A stretch of 64,000 nucleotides of DNA from Rhodospirillaceae bacterium (GTDB lineage Bacteria > Pseudomonadota > Alphaproteobacteria > Rhodospirillales > Casp-alpha2): positions 222 through 64,221 of the forward strand of contig JAYNIR010000016.1 in the NCBI GenBank assembly GCA_038109305.1, in the 5' to 3' direction. The notes beneath the pieces are model-generated. The model was given only the letters and a program-made list of their open reading frames with translations. It was not told the origin of the DNA and ran no database searches. Positions 25,683 through 35,636 of the stretch are shown here, piece after piece (the first letter of the stretch is position 1; every line of letters begins with the position of its first letter). The position numbers were made by a program, and so were the translations under genes.

Positions 25683-26417
25683 ATGACGACCTTCCTGATA
25701 GGGTTTCTTATCCTGATCGCGGCCTGGCTGTTCGCCCAATGGTATGCGAACGCCAACCCGACGACGTTGAAGGTCGTCCTCAAGTGGTTCCTGGTCGTCA
25801 TCGGCGTGCTTGTTCTCGTTGCGCTGGTCATCACCGGCCGAGTGCTTTGGGCGTTCGCCATGCTGCCGGCGTTTTTGACGCTGTTGATCCGCGCGCGGTC
25901 CGCCGTGCGGTCGGCCAAGAACTTTGCCCGCATGGCCGGCTGGCCCGGCGGCGGCGGGCCCGGTCAGACTTCCGAAGTTAAAACCCGCTTCATTCACATG
26001 GTGCTCGATCACGAAACCGGTGAAATGAACGGCATCATCATGGAAGGCCCCTTCAGGGGCTGGGCGTTGGATGATCTGACGTTTGAACAAACCGTCGCGC
26101 TTTGGCGGCATTGCGGCACCGAAGACGCGGAATCCCAGCGCGTCCTGGAAGCCTACATGGACCGGACGCGCCCGGATTGGCGGGACATCGCCGGCGAACA
26201 AAAGGACAGTGGTGGTTCCGGCGGGGCCAATGCGCCGTCCGGCGGCATGACGCGGGAACAGGCGCTGGCCATCCTGGGGCTCAAGGAAGGGGCTAGCCGG
26301 GAAGACATCAATGCCGCCTATAAGCGGATCATCTCTGGGCTGCATCCGGACCGGGGTGGGTCGGACTATCTGGCGGCGCAGGTGAACGAGGCCAAATCCG
26401 TGCTTCTGGACAGCTGA
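25683..26417 (+). CDS. membrane-anchored J-domain protein (Tim14/Pam18-like, C-terminal DnaJ domain)
   Basis: 244 aa. It has two N-terminal transmembrane helices. The C-terminal J domain reads MTREQALAILGLKEGASREDINAAYKRIISGLHPDRGGSDYLAAQVNEAKSVLL and contains HPD. Confidence 0.75.
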   Translation: MTTFLIGFLILIAAWLFAQWYANANPTTLKVVLKWFLVVIGVLVLVALVITGRVLWAFAMLPAFLTLLIRARSAVRSAKNFARMAGWPGGGGPGQTSEVKTRFIHMVLDHETGEMNGIIMEGPFRGWALDDLTFEQTVALWRHCGTEDAESQRVLEAYMDRTRPDWRDIAGEQKDSGGSGGANAPSGGMTREQALAILGLKEGASREDINAAYKRIISGLHPDRGGSDYLAAQVNEAKSVLLDS

Positions 26418-26592
26418 CCACGCCGTCCGATTCGGCCCGGCCCAACCGGTCCTCCGCGGCGGAAAAGGCCGGTTCCGCCCGGTTCCCGAGGCCGGTTGCG
26501 GCGTGTTGGGGCCTGTGGCACAAGAGGGGCGGTTTTCCGCCGGGTTTCCGCCCGCTTTCACCCACGACGATCCGATTTCCGAAAGACCCGCC

Positions 26593-27468
26593 ATGCCCGC
26601 ACCCGTGAAAAAGGCCGTTTTGCCCGTCGCCGGTCTTGGGACCCGGTTTCTGCCGGCGACCAAGGCCATGGCCAAGGAGATGCTGCCCATCGTCGACAAA
26701 CCGCTGATTCAGTACGCCATCGAAGAGGCGCGGGAAGCCGGGATCGAGGATTTCATCCTGGTCACCGGCCGCGGTAAGACCATCATGGAAGACCACTTCG
26801 ACCACGCGGTGGAACTGGAACAGGTTCTGGAAGAACGCGGTAAAACGGTGGAATTGAAAATCATTCATGACGCCATAATCCCGCCCGGGCACATGTCCTA
26901 CGCGCGCCAGCAAAAACCGCAGGGCCTGGGCCACGCCATCTGGTGCGCCCGGCAGTTCGTCGCCGGATCGCCCTTCGCCGTGCTGCTGCCGGACGATCTG
27001 GTCAAGGCCGAACCGGGGTGCTTGAGCCAGATGATGGCGGCGTACCAGGAAGTCGGCGGCAACATCGTCGCCGTCGAGGACGTGCCACGCGAACACACCA
27101 ACCGCTACGGCATTCTGGACGTGGAAAGCGACGACGGGCGGCTCGCCAAAGCTAAGGGGCTGGTTGAAAAACCGGCGCCGGCGGAGGCGCCCTCGACGCT
27201 CTCGATCATCGGCCGCTACATTCTCCAGCCCGAGGTGTTCGAACACCTGGACCGCCATGAAAAGGGTGCGGGCGGGGAAATTCAACTGACCGACGCCATG
27301 GCGAAAACCCTGGGCCATGTGCCGTTTCACGGCCTTCGGTTCGCCGGAAAACGCTTCGATTGCGGCTCCAAACCCGGATTTATCGAAGCCAATGTCGCCT
27401 TTGCCCTGGACCGGGAAGATATTGGTGATAATGTCCGCGCCGCGCTCAAGACCTATTTCCAAGGATAA
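26593..27468 (+). CDS. galU: UTP--glucose-1-phosphate uridylyltransferase
   Basis: MPAPVKKAVLPVAGLGTRFLPATKAMAKEMLPIVDKPLIQYAIEEA... is the canonical GalU N-terminus. An internal start was chosen. Confidence 0.9.
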   Translation: MPAPVKKAVLPVAGLGTRFLPATKAMAKEMLPIVDKPLIQYAIEEAREAGIEDFILVTGRGKTIMEDHFDHAVELEQVLEERGKTVELKIIHDAIIPPGHMSYARQQKPQGLGHAIWCARQFVAGSPFAVLLPDDLVKAEPGCLSQMMAAYQEVGGNIVAVEDVPREHTNRYGILDVESDDGRLAKAKGLVEKPAPAEAPSTLSIIGRYILQPEVFEHLDRHEKGAGGEIQLTDAMAKTLGHVPFHGLRFAGKRFDCGSKPGFIEANVAFALDREDIGDNVRAALKTYFQG

Positions 27469-27474
27469 CTGCCC

Positions 27475-28794
27475 ATGCATGTTGCCGTTGTCGGAACCGG
27501 ATACGTTGGTCTTGTTTCTGGTGCCTGTTTTTCCGAATTCGGCCACCACGTAACCTGCGTCGACAAGGACGCGGGGAAGATCGACTGGTTGAACCGGGGC
27601 GAAATGCCTATTTACGAGCCGGGCCTGCAGAAGCTGGTAGAAACCAACGCGTCCGCCGGGCGGCTGTTCTTCACGACGGACCTGGAAGCGGCGGTGGGCG
27701 GAGCCCAGACGGTGTTCATCGCCGTCGGCACGCCGTCCCGCCGCGGCGACGGCCACGCCGACCTGAGTTACGTCTACGCGGCGGCCGAGGAAATCGCCCG
27801 CGCCATTGACGGCTACACCGTCGTCGTCACCAAATCGACCGTGCCGGTGGGAACCGGCGCGGAAGTGGAAAAGATCATTCGCGACGCGCGTCCCGACGCC
27901 GAATTCGACGTGGTTTCGAACCCGGAATTCCTCCGCGAGGGCGCGGCGATCGAAGATTTCATGCGGCCCGACCGGGTGGTGATCGGCACCGACGAGGAAC
28001 GCGCCCAGGACGTCATGCGCGAGCTGTACCGCCCGCTTTACCTCATCGAAACGCCCATCGTGTTCACCCGGCGTCAAACGTCGGAGCTGATCAAATACGC
28101 GGCCAATACCTTCCTAGCGACCAAGATCACCTTCATCAATGAGATCGCCGACTTGTGCGAAGTGCTGGATGCCGACGTTCAGGACGTGGCCAAGGGCATC
28201 GGCCTCGACGGCCGGATCGGGCGAAAATTCCTGCACGCTGGGCCCGGTTATGGCGGGTCGTGCTTCCCCAAGGACACGCTGGCCCTGGTGCGGACGGCGC
28301 AGGACGCGGGATCGCCGTTGCGGATTGTCGAAACCGTGGTCGACATCAACGATAATCGCAAGCGCGCCATGGCGGACAAAATCATTGCCGCCGCCGGCGG
28401 CGACGTGACCGGTAAGACGATTGCAGTGCTCGGCCTGACCTTCAAGCCCAACACGGACGACATGCGGGATTCGCCGTCGCTCGATATCGTTCCGGCGCTG
28501 ACCGCCGCCGGCGCCAAAGTCCGCGCCTATGATCCCCAGGGCATGAGCGAGGCCAAACACATGTTGAAGGATATCACTTGGTGCGACGGCGCCTACGACG
28601 CCATCACGGGTGCCGACGTGCTCGCCATCATCACGGAGTGGAACGAATTCCGCGCGCTTGACCTGGACCGGGTGAAGTCGCTGATGAAATCGCCGGTCAT
28701 GGTGGACCTCCGAAACATTTATAAACCGGACGACATGGCCGACGCCGGATTTATCTATACCTCTATCGGCCGGCCCCGGTCGGGCGCTTCCTGA
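27475..28794 (+). CDS. ugd: UDP-glucose 6-dehydrogenase
   Basis: 439 aa starting MHVAVVGTGYVGLVSGACF... and containing ...GGSCFPKD... (catalytic Cys). Confidence 0.9.
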   Translation: MHVAVVGTGYVGLVSGACFSEFGHHVTCVDKDAGKIDWLNRGEMPIYEPGLQKLVETNASAGRLFFTTDLEAAVGGAQTVFIAVGTPSRRGDGHADLSYVYAAAEEIARAIDGYTVVVTKSTVPVGTGAEVEKIIRDARPDAEFDVVSNPEFLREGAAIEDFMRPDRVVIGTDEERAQDVMRELYRPLYLIETPIVFTRRQTSELIKYAANTFLATKITFINEIADLCEVLDADVQDVAKGIGLDGRIGRKFLHAGPGYGGSCFPKDTLALVRTAQDAGSPLRIVETVVDINDNRKRAMADKIIAAAGGDVTGKTIAVLGLTFKPNTDDMRDSPSLDIVPALTAAGAKVRAYDPQGMSEAKHMLKDITWCDGAYDAITGADVLAIITEWNEFRALDLDRVKSLMKSPVMVDLRNIYKPDDMADAGFIYTSIGRPRSGAS

Positions 28795-28814
28795 CCCCGA
28801 AAGGGCCCACAAAC

Positions 28815-30200
28815 GTGGCCGATCCGCACACTTTCGATCCCAGCATCCTTCGTGAATACGACATTCGCGGCGTTGTCGGCAAAACGCTCGGCCCCGACGA
28901 CCTAACCGCCATCGGCCGCGCCTTCGGCACGGTGCTGCACCGGGCCGGGGGCACGTCCGCCGCCGTCGGATACGACGGACGCATCAGCTCGCCGGAGTTG
29001 GCCGATGCGCTGGTTCATGGTCTTCTCGCCACCGGCATCGACGTGGTGCGGACAGGGCGAGGGCCGTCTCCCATGCTTTACTTCGCGACCCATCATCTGG
29101 GCACCGACGCCGGCCTGATGGTGACCGGATCGCACAACCCCCCGGAATACAACGGGGTTAAAATAACCATCCGTGGCTCTTCTTTTTTCGGAAGTGATAT
29201 CAATCAATTAGGGGATATAGCTAAAAAAGGAGATTATATTGACGGTCAGGGGAAAGAAACCTCGTCCCCAACACTTGCCGCGTATGTAAAACGGCTGCTC
29301 TCGGACGTATCCCTGAACCGCCCGGTCAAGGTTGCCTGGGACGCCGGCAACGGCGCGGCCGGCGAGGCGCTGACGAAACTGACCGACGCCATGCCGGGCA
29401 CGCATATCCTGCTGAATGCGGACATTGACGGCACGTTCCCAAATCACCATCCCGACCCGACGGTCGAAAAGAACCTGGCCCAATTGAAAGCCGCGGTCGT
29501 GGCGGAAAAATGCGATCTCGGCATCGCCTTTGACGGCGACGGCGACCGCATCGGCGCTGTCGACGCCCGCGGACGGGTCGTCTGGGGCGACCAGTTGCTG
29601 ACGATCCTCGCGCGCTCGGTCCTGGCGCGCAATCCGGGCGCCACGATCATCGCCGACGTCAAAACGTCGCAGGCGTTTTTCGACGAAGTCGTACGCTTGG
29701 GCGGTAAACCGCTGATGTGGAAGACGGGACATTCCCACATCAAATCGAAAATGGCGGAATTGGGCGCGCCGCTCGCTGGTGAAATGAGCGCCCACATTTT
29801 TTTCAAGGACGGATATTACGGCTATGACGACGCGTTATACGCCGCCGTCCGGCTGCTGAACGTGCTAGACGCGGAAGGCAAATCGCTTGCCCAGGTGTTG
29901 GATGAGCTGCCGAAACTGGTCAGCACGCCGGAAATCCGGTTCGATTGCCCTGATGATCGCAAGTTCATGGTGGTTTACGAGGTTCGCTCCCGGCTAAACG
30001 GCCGCGACGGCATTCAGGTTCACGACATGGATGGCGTCCGGGTGCAGACAGCAGACGGCTGGTGGCTGTTGCGGGCGTCAAACACGCAGCCGGTGTTGGT
30101 CGCCCGATGCGAAGCGGCGAATGACGCCGGGCTTTCACGGCTTAAGGCCATACTCAGGGAAGAATTAACCGGATCCGGTTTAACCCCGCCGGAGATGTAG
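28815..30200 (+). CDS. phosphomannomutase/phosphoglucomutase
   Basis: 461 aa with a GTG start. Contains the active-site motif VTGSHNPPEYNG, the metal loop FDGDGDR and GEMSAHIFF. Confidence 0.9.
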   Translation: MADPHTFDPSILREYDIRGVVGKTLGPDDLTAIGRAFGTVLHRAGGTSAAVGYDGRISSPELADALVHGLLATGIDVVRTGRGPSPMLYFATHHLGTDAGLMVTGSHNPPEYNGVKITIRGSSFFGSDINQLGDIAKKGDYIDGQGKETSSPTLAAYVKRLLSDVSLNRPVKVAWDAGNGAAGEALTKLTDAMPGTHILLNADIDGTFPNHHPDPTVEKNLAQLKAAVVAEKCDLGIAFDGDGDRIGAVDARGRVVWGDQLLTILARSVLARNPGATIIADVKTSQAFFDEVVRLGGKPLMWKTGHSHIKSKMAELGAPLAGEMSAHIFFKDGYYGYDDALYAAVRLLNVLDAEGKSLAQVLDELPKLVSTPEIRFDCPDDRKFMVVYEVRSRLNGRDGIQVHDMDGVRVQTADGWWLLRASNTQPVLVARCEAANDAGLSRLKAILREELTGSGLTPPEM

Positions 30201-30232
30201 GCGGGCGCGGGCAGCGGACACGCCCGTCGGAT

Positions 30233-31513
30233 TTACCCTTCGCGGGTCAGGCCGGCGATCTCAAGCGCTTCCGGCCCCCTCAGTTCCATGCACGGAATAT
30301 TGTGCTGTTCCAACAGCTTACAGGCTTGGTAGGCTTCCTGCTTGCTGAGCCCGTAAACGCGGGCGCGGTGCAGAACCCGGCCGTTGCGCTTCTTAAGCGG
30401 GACGATCTGCGGCACGCCGTCCTCAAGCAACTGCGGCAGGGTGGCGACGGCTTTGATCGCCGTTTTCTTGGCCTGCTCCTGCTGGACGAAGGCGCCCACT
30501 TGGATTCCCCAGCGGTTGTTCTTGTCGAACGTGCGGGGCTTGGCGTCGCCGCTGTCTTCTTCATCGGAAACGGCCGAGTGAGGCACCAGCTTGTTGGACT
30601 GCGGCTTGGTCTGAGCGGAAGCCACGACGGTGCGTCCGGCGCTCAGTTGTTCAAAGCCCTTGTCCAGGTATTTGGCCATCAGGAAGTTGCGCTGGCCCGA
30701 CGTTTTGCCTCCGAAAATCACACCGATCAGGCGCTTGCCGTCGCGTTTGGCGGAAGTCACGAGATTGAACCCCGACGCACGAATATATCCGGTCTTGAAA
30801 CCGTCGGCGCCTTCATAGCTGAGCAGCAGATTGTTGTGGGTCTTGTGGGTCACGCCGTTCAGAGTGAACTCGGCCTCCGAAAAAAAGTGATAGTGTTGCG
30901 GAAAGTCACGCATCAGGGCGTGCGCGAGTTTCGCCATGTCGCGCGCGGTCGACAACTGTGCGTAGTGGGGCAGGCCCGAGGCGTTGCGGAACGTCGTCTG
31001 CGACATGCCAAGTTGCCGCGCCGTTTCCGTCATGTGCAGCGCGAAGGTATGCTCCTGACCGCTGTAGTTTTCGGCGACGGTGGTCGCGATGTCGTTCGCC
31101 GACTTGATGACTAGAGCCAAAATTGCATCGCGGACGGAAATCGTCTGGCCAGCCGGAAGGCCCAGTTTGGAAGACGGCTGGCGGGCCGCCCGGCTTGAGA
31201 TTCGAAGCCGCGTGTGCAGCGACCATCGGCCGCTTTCGACGGCCTGGAAAACCTTATAAAGCGTCATCATTTTGGTCAGCGACGCCGGATGATTTCGGGT
31301 ATCCGCGTTGGTCGCCTTCAGGACTAGCCCGGTCTCCGCATCGACGATCAGGGCCGCGTACTTGGCTGCCGCGGGTGTTGCGAACGCGCTAAGCAGCAAC
31401 GCAACCAAGGCCGCCACAATAGACGGAAAGCCAAAAAAACGGCTGAATTTTGTGGTTTTAGATTGTCCCCACTGGCGCGGCGACACTGTCACCACCAGAG
31501 CCTTGATCCCCAT
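30233..31513 (-). CDS. D-alanyl-D-alanine carboxypeptidase (S11) with C-terminal SPOR domain
   Basis: Contains the S-x-x-K motif (PASLTKMMT), SGN- and KTG-type boxes (FKTGYI) and a C-terminal SPOR-like repeat (WGIQVGAF...ARVYGLSKQEAYQACKLL). Confidence 0.85.
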   Translation of the reverse strand: MGIKALVVTVSPRQWGQSKTTKFSRFFGFPSIVAALVALLLSAFATPAAAKYAALIVDAETGLVLKATNADTRNHPASLTKMMTLYKVFQAVESGRWSLHTRLRISSRAARQPSSKLGLPAGQTISVRDAILALVIKSANDIATTVAENYSGQEHTFALHMTETARQLGMSQTTFRNASGLPHYAQLSTARDMAKLAHALMRDFPQHYHFFSEAEFTLNGVTHKTHNNLLLSYEGADGFKTGYIRASGFNLVTSAKRDGKRLIGVIFGGKTSGQRNFLMAKYLDKGFEQLSAGRTVVASAQTKPQSNKLVPHSAVSDEEDSGDAKPRTFDKNNRWGIQVGAFVQQEQAKKTAIKAVATLPQLLEDGVPQIVPLKKRNGRVLHRARVYGLSKQEAYQACKLLEQHNIPCMELRGPEALEIAGLTREG

Positions 31514-31807
31514 AATGATCACTCTCTTCTTAACGCGCCATTCCCGTTTCGCCTGAATACTAACCGAAACGGAACCCCGCGTCTCAAAATTTTTTCAGCC
31601 GGATCAATGCTTTCTTAGAGGATTATCGTGAATGAATGGTTAACGGGTCCGATTTTGGCCGGTGACCGGACGGGCATCAAGGCCGGAAATCCGGCTCTAG
31701 GTTGCAGTGCGAAAATTATATTTCTCCCGGCTGTCGGAGATACAAAATATCTCAGAAAACCAATCAATTAATCTAAATGCTATTTTGTTGCATTGCACAA
31801 AATTTGC

Positions 31808-31836
31808 TTGACGCGAGGTCAGACGGGGACTATTTC
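31808..31836 (+). promoter_or_regulatory. candidate sigma70-type promoter of the phasin gene
   Basis: TTGACG (31808-31813), then 17 nt, then TATTTC (31831-31836). A TGC-att-GCA inverted repeat lies at 31789-31797, just upstream. Confidence 0.3.
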
Positions 31837-31959
31837 TACGCGGGTGCAGCGCTGCGTCAGCAGCGAAGTGCCGAGAATCCAACACCGTCCCACCATCTAT
31901 TGCGGCATCTGCGCGCATTCGCAATGGCGCTATTGATCCTCTCGAAAGGACTTCAACCC

Positions 31960-32514
31960 ATGGCCGAAGCTAAGAAACCCACCCCGAAACCCGCCCCGAA
32001 AATGGCCGCCGACCAAGTCGAAGCCGCCGTTACCGCGCGCAAGGAAACCGTTGAAACCGTCGTCAAGGCAGGCGCCGAAGTCGCCACCAAAGGTGTCGAA
32101 AAGGCCGTCGCCATGAGCCAGGAACAGGTCGCCGCGGCCGTTAAAGCCGGCGGCGAAGTCTTCAAGAGCTACGAAGACGTCGTTTCCTACAACAAGGGCA
32201 ACGTCGGCGCCGTCGTGAAGGCGAACGGCATCCTTGTGAAGGGCGTCCAGGACATCAACACGTTCCTGTTCGCGCTGGCTCAGAAAAACATGGAAGAATC
32301 GGTCGCCCTGACCAAAAAGCTGTTCGAATGCAAATCGGTCGACGATGTCGTCAAGTTGCAGGGCGAACTGGTCAAGACTAACTACGCGAAAACCCTGGAC
32401 GAAAGCCGCAAGCTTTCGGACATGGCCGTGAAGTTGGCCGAAGAAGCGACGAAACCGATCGCCGAGCGTGTGTCGGTCGCCGTCGAAAAGGCCACCAAAC
32501 CGCTTGCTGCCTGA
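31960..32514 (+). CDS. phaP: phasin family protein (PHA granule-associated)
   Basis: 184 aa from the internal ATG, with SD AAAGGA upstream. The Ala/Lys/Glu-rich helical sequence contains ...SYEDVVSYNKGNVGAVVKANGILVKGVQDINTFLFALAQKNMEESVAL..., typical of alphaproteobacterial phasins. Confidence 0.85.
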   Translation: MAEAKKPTPKPAPKMAADQVEAAVTARKETVETVVKAGAEVATKGVEKAVAMSQEQVAAAVKAGGEVFKSYEDVVSYNKGNVGAVVKANGILVKGVQDINTFLFALAQKNMEESVALTKKLFECKSVDDVVKLQGELVKTNYAKTLDESRKLSDMAVKLAEEATKPIAERVSVAVEKATKPLAA

Positions 32515-32550
32515 TCCCTCCGCATCCCCCTTTGGTAAGGCAGTAAGAAG

Positions 32551-32584
32551 CGCCCGGCGGGTCTCCAGCCGGGCGTTTTCTATT
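32551..32584 (+). terminator. rho-independent terminator of the phasin gene
   Basis: 8-bp stem CGCCCGGC / GCCGGGCG with a 9-nt loop, followed by TTTTCTATT. Confidence 0.7.
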
Positions 32585-32804
32585 GTGCGGCCCGTTTTCG
32601 CGCCGCGAATCAGGGGCGGCTGGGCAGGGGTGGCCGGACCGCCGCCGCAGACCTTTATATTCTGATATCATATTCCGATATCAGGGAACGCCCGCCCGGG
32701 CATCCGGGCTTTTCACTCGAAATGCTCTATTAACCCGCCGATGATAGGCTGAATATCAAGGAAATCTCTTGTGACGGACCGCCGTTCCTTGAGAAAATGG
32801 AGCC

Positions 32805-33236
32805 ATGACGGACGATTTCGATATGGAAATTATGCCGCGACGCGCAGTTCCGGCGCAGGGCGCCAGTGAGCCGCCTAAGGCGCCGAACGGCCCCGGCCGG
32901 ACCGGCGGCGGCGACAATGACGGCACCGGCACCGGCCTTGCGGTCAAACCGCGCACCCGAACCAAACGGCCGTCCATGTACAAAGTTCTGATGCTGAACG
33001 ACGACTACACGCCGATGGAATTCGTCGTGCACGTTCTCGAACGGTTTTTCAACATGGGCCAAGAACAGGCGACCAAAATCATGCTGCACGTTCACCAGCG
33101 AGGTGTGGGCGTTTGCGGCGTGTTCACCTACGAAGTCGCGGAAACCAAGGTAACCCAGGTCATGGATCTGGCGCGCCAACACCAACATCCGCTTCAATGC
33201 ACCATTGAAAAGGACGGCTCGGGCGAAGAAGACTGA
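32805..33236 (+). CDS. clpS: ATP-dependent Clp protease adaptor ClpS
   Basis: Contains ...[27 protein letters not shown]...[27 protein letters not shown].... It sits directly upstream of clpA. Confidence 0.9.
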   Translation: MTDDFDMEIMPRRAVPAQGASEPPKAPNGPGRTGGGDNDGTGTGLAVKPRTRTKRPSMYKVLMLNDDYTPMEFVVHVLERFFNMGQEQATKIMLHVHQRGVGVCGVFTYEVAETKVTQVMDLARQHQHPLQCTIEKDGSGEED

Positions 33237-33278
33237 GGCGTTCCGCCAAGAAACGATCAACACCAAGGACCCAAAAAA

Positions 33279-35591
33279 ATGCTCTCACGCGATTTGGAAC
33301 AGACACTGCACCGGGCGCTCTCGCTGGCCGCGGAACGCAGTCACGAATATGCGACGCTGGAGCATTTGTTGCTTTCGCTGACCGAAGACCCGGACGCGGT
33401 CGCGGTGTTGAAGGCCTGCGGCGTCGACCTTGACCGCCTTGCCGGCGAAATCCTGGCATTCCTCGAAAATGAACTGACCGAAATCGACAAACTGCGCGGC
33501 GCCGAACCGAAACCGACCGCGGGCTTCCAACGCGTCGTCCAGCGCGCGGTCATTCACGTTCAGTCCTCGGGCCGCGAGGAAGTGACGGGCGCCAACGTTC
33601 TGGTAGCGCTGTTTTCCGAACGCGAGTCGCACGCCGTTTATTATCTGCAGATGCAGGACATGACGCGCCTGGATGCGGTCAATTACATTTCCCACGGGAT
33701 TGCTAAGGTGCCAGGCAAGTCGGAACAGCGCACCGTCCAAGGCGCCAATACGGGGGCGGAGGAAGAGCCCGCCGCCCGCAAGGGATCGGAAGCGTTGGAC
33801 GCCTATTGCGCCAACCTGAACAAAAAGGCGGCGGAAGGCCGGATCGATCCGCTGATTGGCCGCCATGACGAAGTCGAACGCGCCATCCAGGTGCTGTGCC
33901 GCCGCAACAAAAACAACCCGTTGTTCGTCGGCGACCCGGGCGTCGGCAAAACCGCCATTGCCGAAGGGCTGGCCAAGCGGATCGAGGACGAGGAAGTCCC
34001 CGAAGTCCTGCTGGGGCACACGATCTTCGCCCTCGACATGGGCGCGCTTCTGGCCGGCACGCGCTATCGCGGCGACTTCGAAGAACGGTTGAAAAACGTC
34101 ATGGTCGAACTGGAAAACATGCCGAACGCCATCCTGTTCATCGACGAAATCCACACCGTGATCGGCGCCGGCGCGACATCCGGCGGATCGATGGACGCAT
34201 CGAACATCCTGAAGCCCGCCTTGCAGAACGGTGCGCTCCGCTGCATGGGCTCGACCACCTACAAGGAATACCGAAATTATTTTGAAAAAGACCGGGCGCT
34301 GGTCCGCCGGTTCCAGAAGATCGACGTGTACGAACCGTCCATGGACGACGCAATCAAGATCCTGAAGGGCTTGAAGCCGTATTTCGAAAAGCATCATCGC
34401 GTGCGCTACACCAATGACGCGCTCAAGGCCGCGGTGGAGCTTTCCAGCAAATACATCCACGAACGCAAACTACCGGATAAGGCGCTCGACGTGATCGACG
34501 AAGTCGGCGCATCGCGCATGCTTCTGCCGCCGGGCAAACGGCGTAAAACCGTCACCGTCAAAGACGTCGAAGCGGTGGTCGCCAAGATCGCCCGCATCCC
34601 GCCGAAGTCGGTGTCGTCCGACGACCGGGAAGCGCTCAAAAACCTGGAACGTGACCTCAAGACCATGGTGTTCGGCCAGGACAAAGCCATCGATGCACTC
34701 GCCGGCGCGATCAAGCTGTCGCGCGCGGGGCTCCGCGAGCCAGAAAAACCCATCGGTGCCTACATGTTCTCGGGCCCGACCGGCGTCGGCAAGACCGAAG
34801 TCGCCCGCCAATTGGCGCACATCATGGGGATCGACCTGGTCCGCTTCGACATGTCCGAATACATGGAACGCCATTCGGTTTCGCGTCTGATCGGCGCGCC
34901 GCCGGGCTATGTCGGGTTCGATCAGGGCGGCCTTCTGACCGACGCCGTCGACCAGCAACCGCACTGCGTGCTGCTTTTGGACGAAATTGAAAAGGCGCAT
35001 CCAGACCTGTTCAACATCCTGCTGCAGGTCATGGACCACGGTAAACTGACCGACCACAATGGCAAGTCCGTTTCGTTCCGGAACGTCATCCTGATCATGA
35101 CGACCAACGCCGGCGCCGCCGACCTGGCGAAACCGGCCATCGGGTTCGAACGCGAAAGCCGCGTCGGCGAAGACACGGAAGCCATAGAACGCATGTTCAC
35201 GCCGGAATTCCGTAATCGGCTGGACGCTGTCATCGGGTTCTCCTCGCTGAACGAATCCGTTATCGCCCGCATTGTCGACAAGTTCGTGATGAACCTGGAA
35301 CTGCAGTTGGAAGACCGGAACGTGTTCATCGAACTGACCGAGGCCGCCCGCGAGTGGCTTGCCAAGAAAGGCTTCGACAAGTTGTTCGGCGCGCGCCCGT
35401 TGTCCCGCGTGATCCAGGAAAACATCAAGAAGCCGCTGGCCGAGGAATTGCTGTTCGGCACACTGGAAAAAGGTGGCATCGTTTTGATTGCCGTCGACGA
35501 CGACAAGCTGGTCTTCGAGTTCTCCGAACGGGGTAGCACCCGACTGCCGGCGAAGCGGCGGGGCGGCAAGGTGCCCGCCCTCGTCGACTGA
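33279..35591 (+). CDS. clpA: ATP-dependent Clp protease ATP-binding subunit ClpA
   Basis: 770 aa with two AAA+ modules (GDPGVGKTAIAEGLA and FSGPTGVGKTEVARQLA) and an N-terminal Clp_N repeat. Confidence 0.95.
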   Translation: MLSRDLEQTLHRALSLAAERSHEYATLEHLLLSLTEDPDAVAVLKACGVDLDRLAGEILAFLENELTEIDKLRGAEPKPTAGFQRVVQRAVIHVQSSGREEVTGANVLVALFSERESHAVYYLQMQDMTRLDAVNYISHGIAKVPGKSEQRTVQGANTGAEEEPAARKGSEALDAYCANLNKKAAEGRIDPLIGRHDEVERAIQVLCRRNKNNPLFVGDPGVGKTAIAEGLAKRIEDEEVPEVLLGHTIFALDMGALLAGTRYRGDFEERLKNVMVELENMPNAILFIDEIHTVIGAGATSGGSMDASNILKPALQNGALRCMGSTTYKEYRNYFEKDRALVRRFQKIDVYEPSMDDAIKILKGLKPYFEKHHRVRYTNDALKAAVELSSKYIHERKLPDKALDVIDEVGASRMLLPPGKRRKTVTVKDVEAVVAKIARIPPKSVSSDDREALKNLERDLKTMVFGQDKAIDALAGAIKLSRAGLREPEKPIGAYMFSGPTGVGKTEVARQLAHIMGIDLVRFDMSEYMERHSVSRLIGAPPGYVGFDQGGLLTDAVDQQPHCVLLLDEIEKAHPDLFNILLQVMDHGKLTDHNGKSVSFRNVILIMTTNAGAADLAKPAIGFERESRVGEDTEAIERMFTPEFRNRLDAVIGFSSLNESVIARIVDKFVMNLELQLEDRNVFIELTEAAREWLAKKGFDKLFGARPLSRVIQENIKKPLAEELLFGTLEKGGIVLIAVDDDKLVFEFSERGSTRLPAKRRGGKVPALVD

Positions 35592-35636
35592 CAGGCCAAC
35601 CGGGCCTGATCGGTCGCATCCGGCCGGGCGCGCGGC

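Noticed and set aside
26430-26560. Recurrent CCGGTT and TTCCGCC strings upstream of galU as a repeat array.
   Set aside because: The spacing is irregular and the units are only 6-7 nt long in GC-rich DNA. This is not distinguishable from compositional noise.
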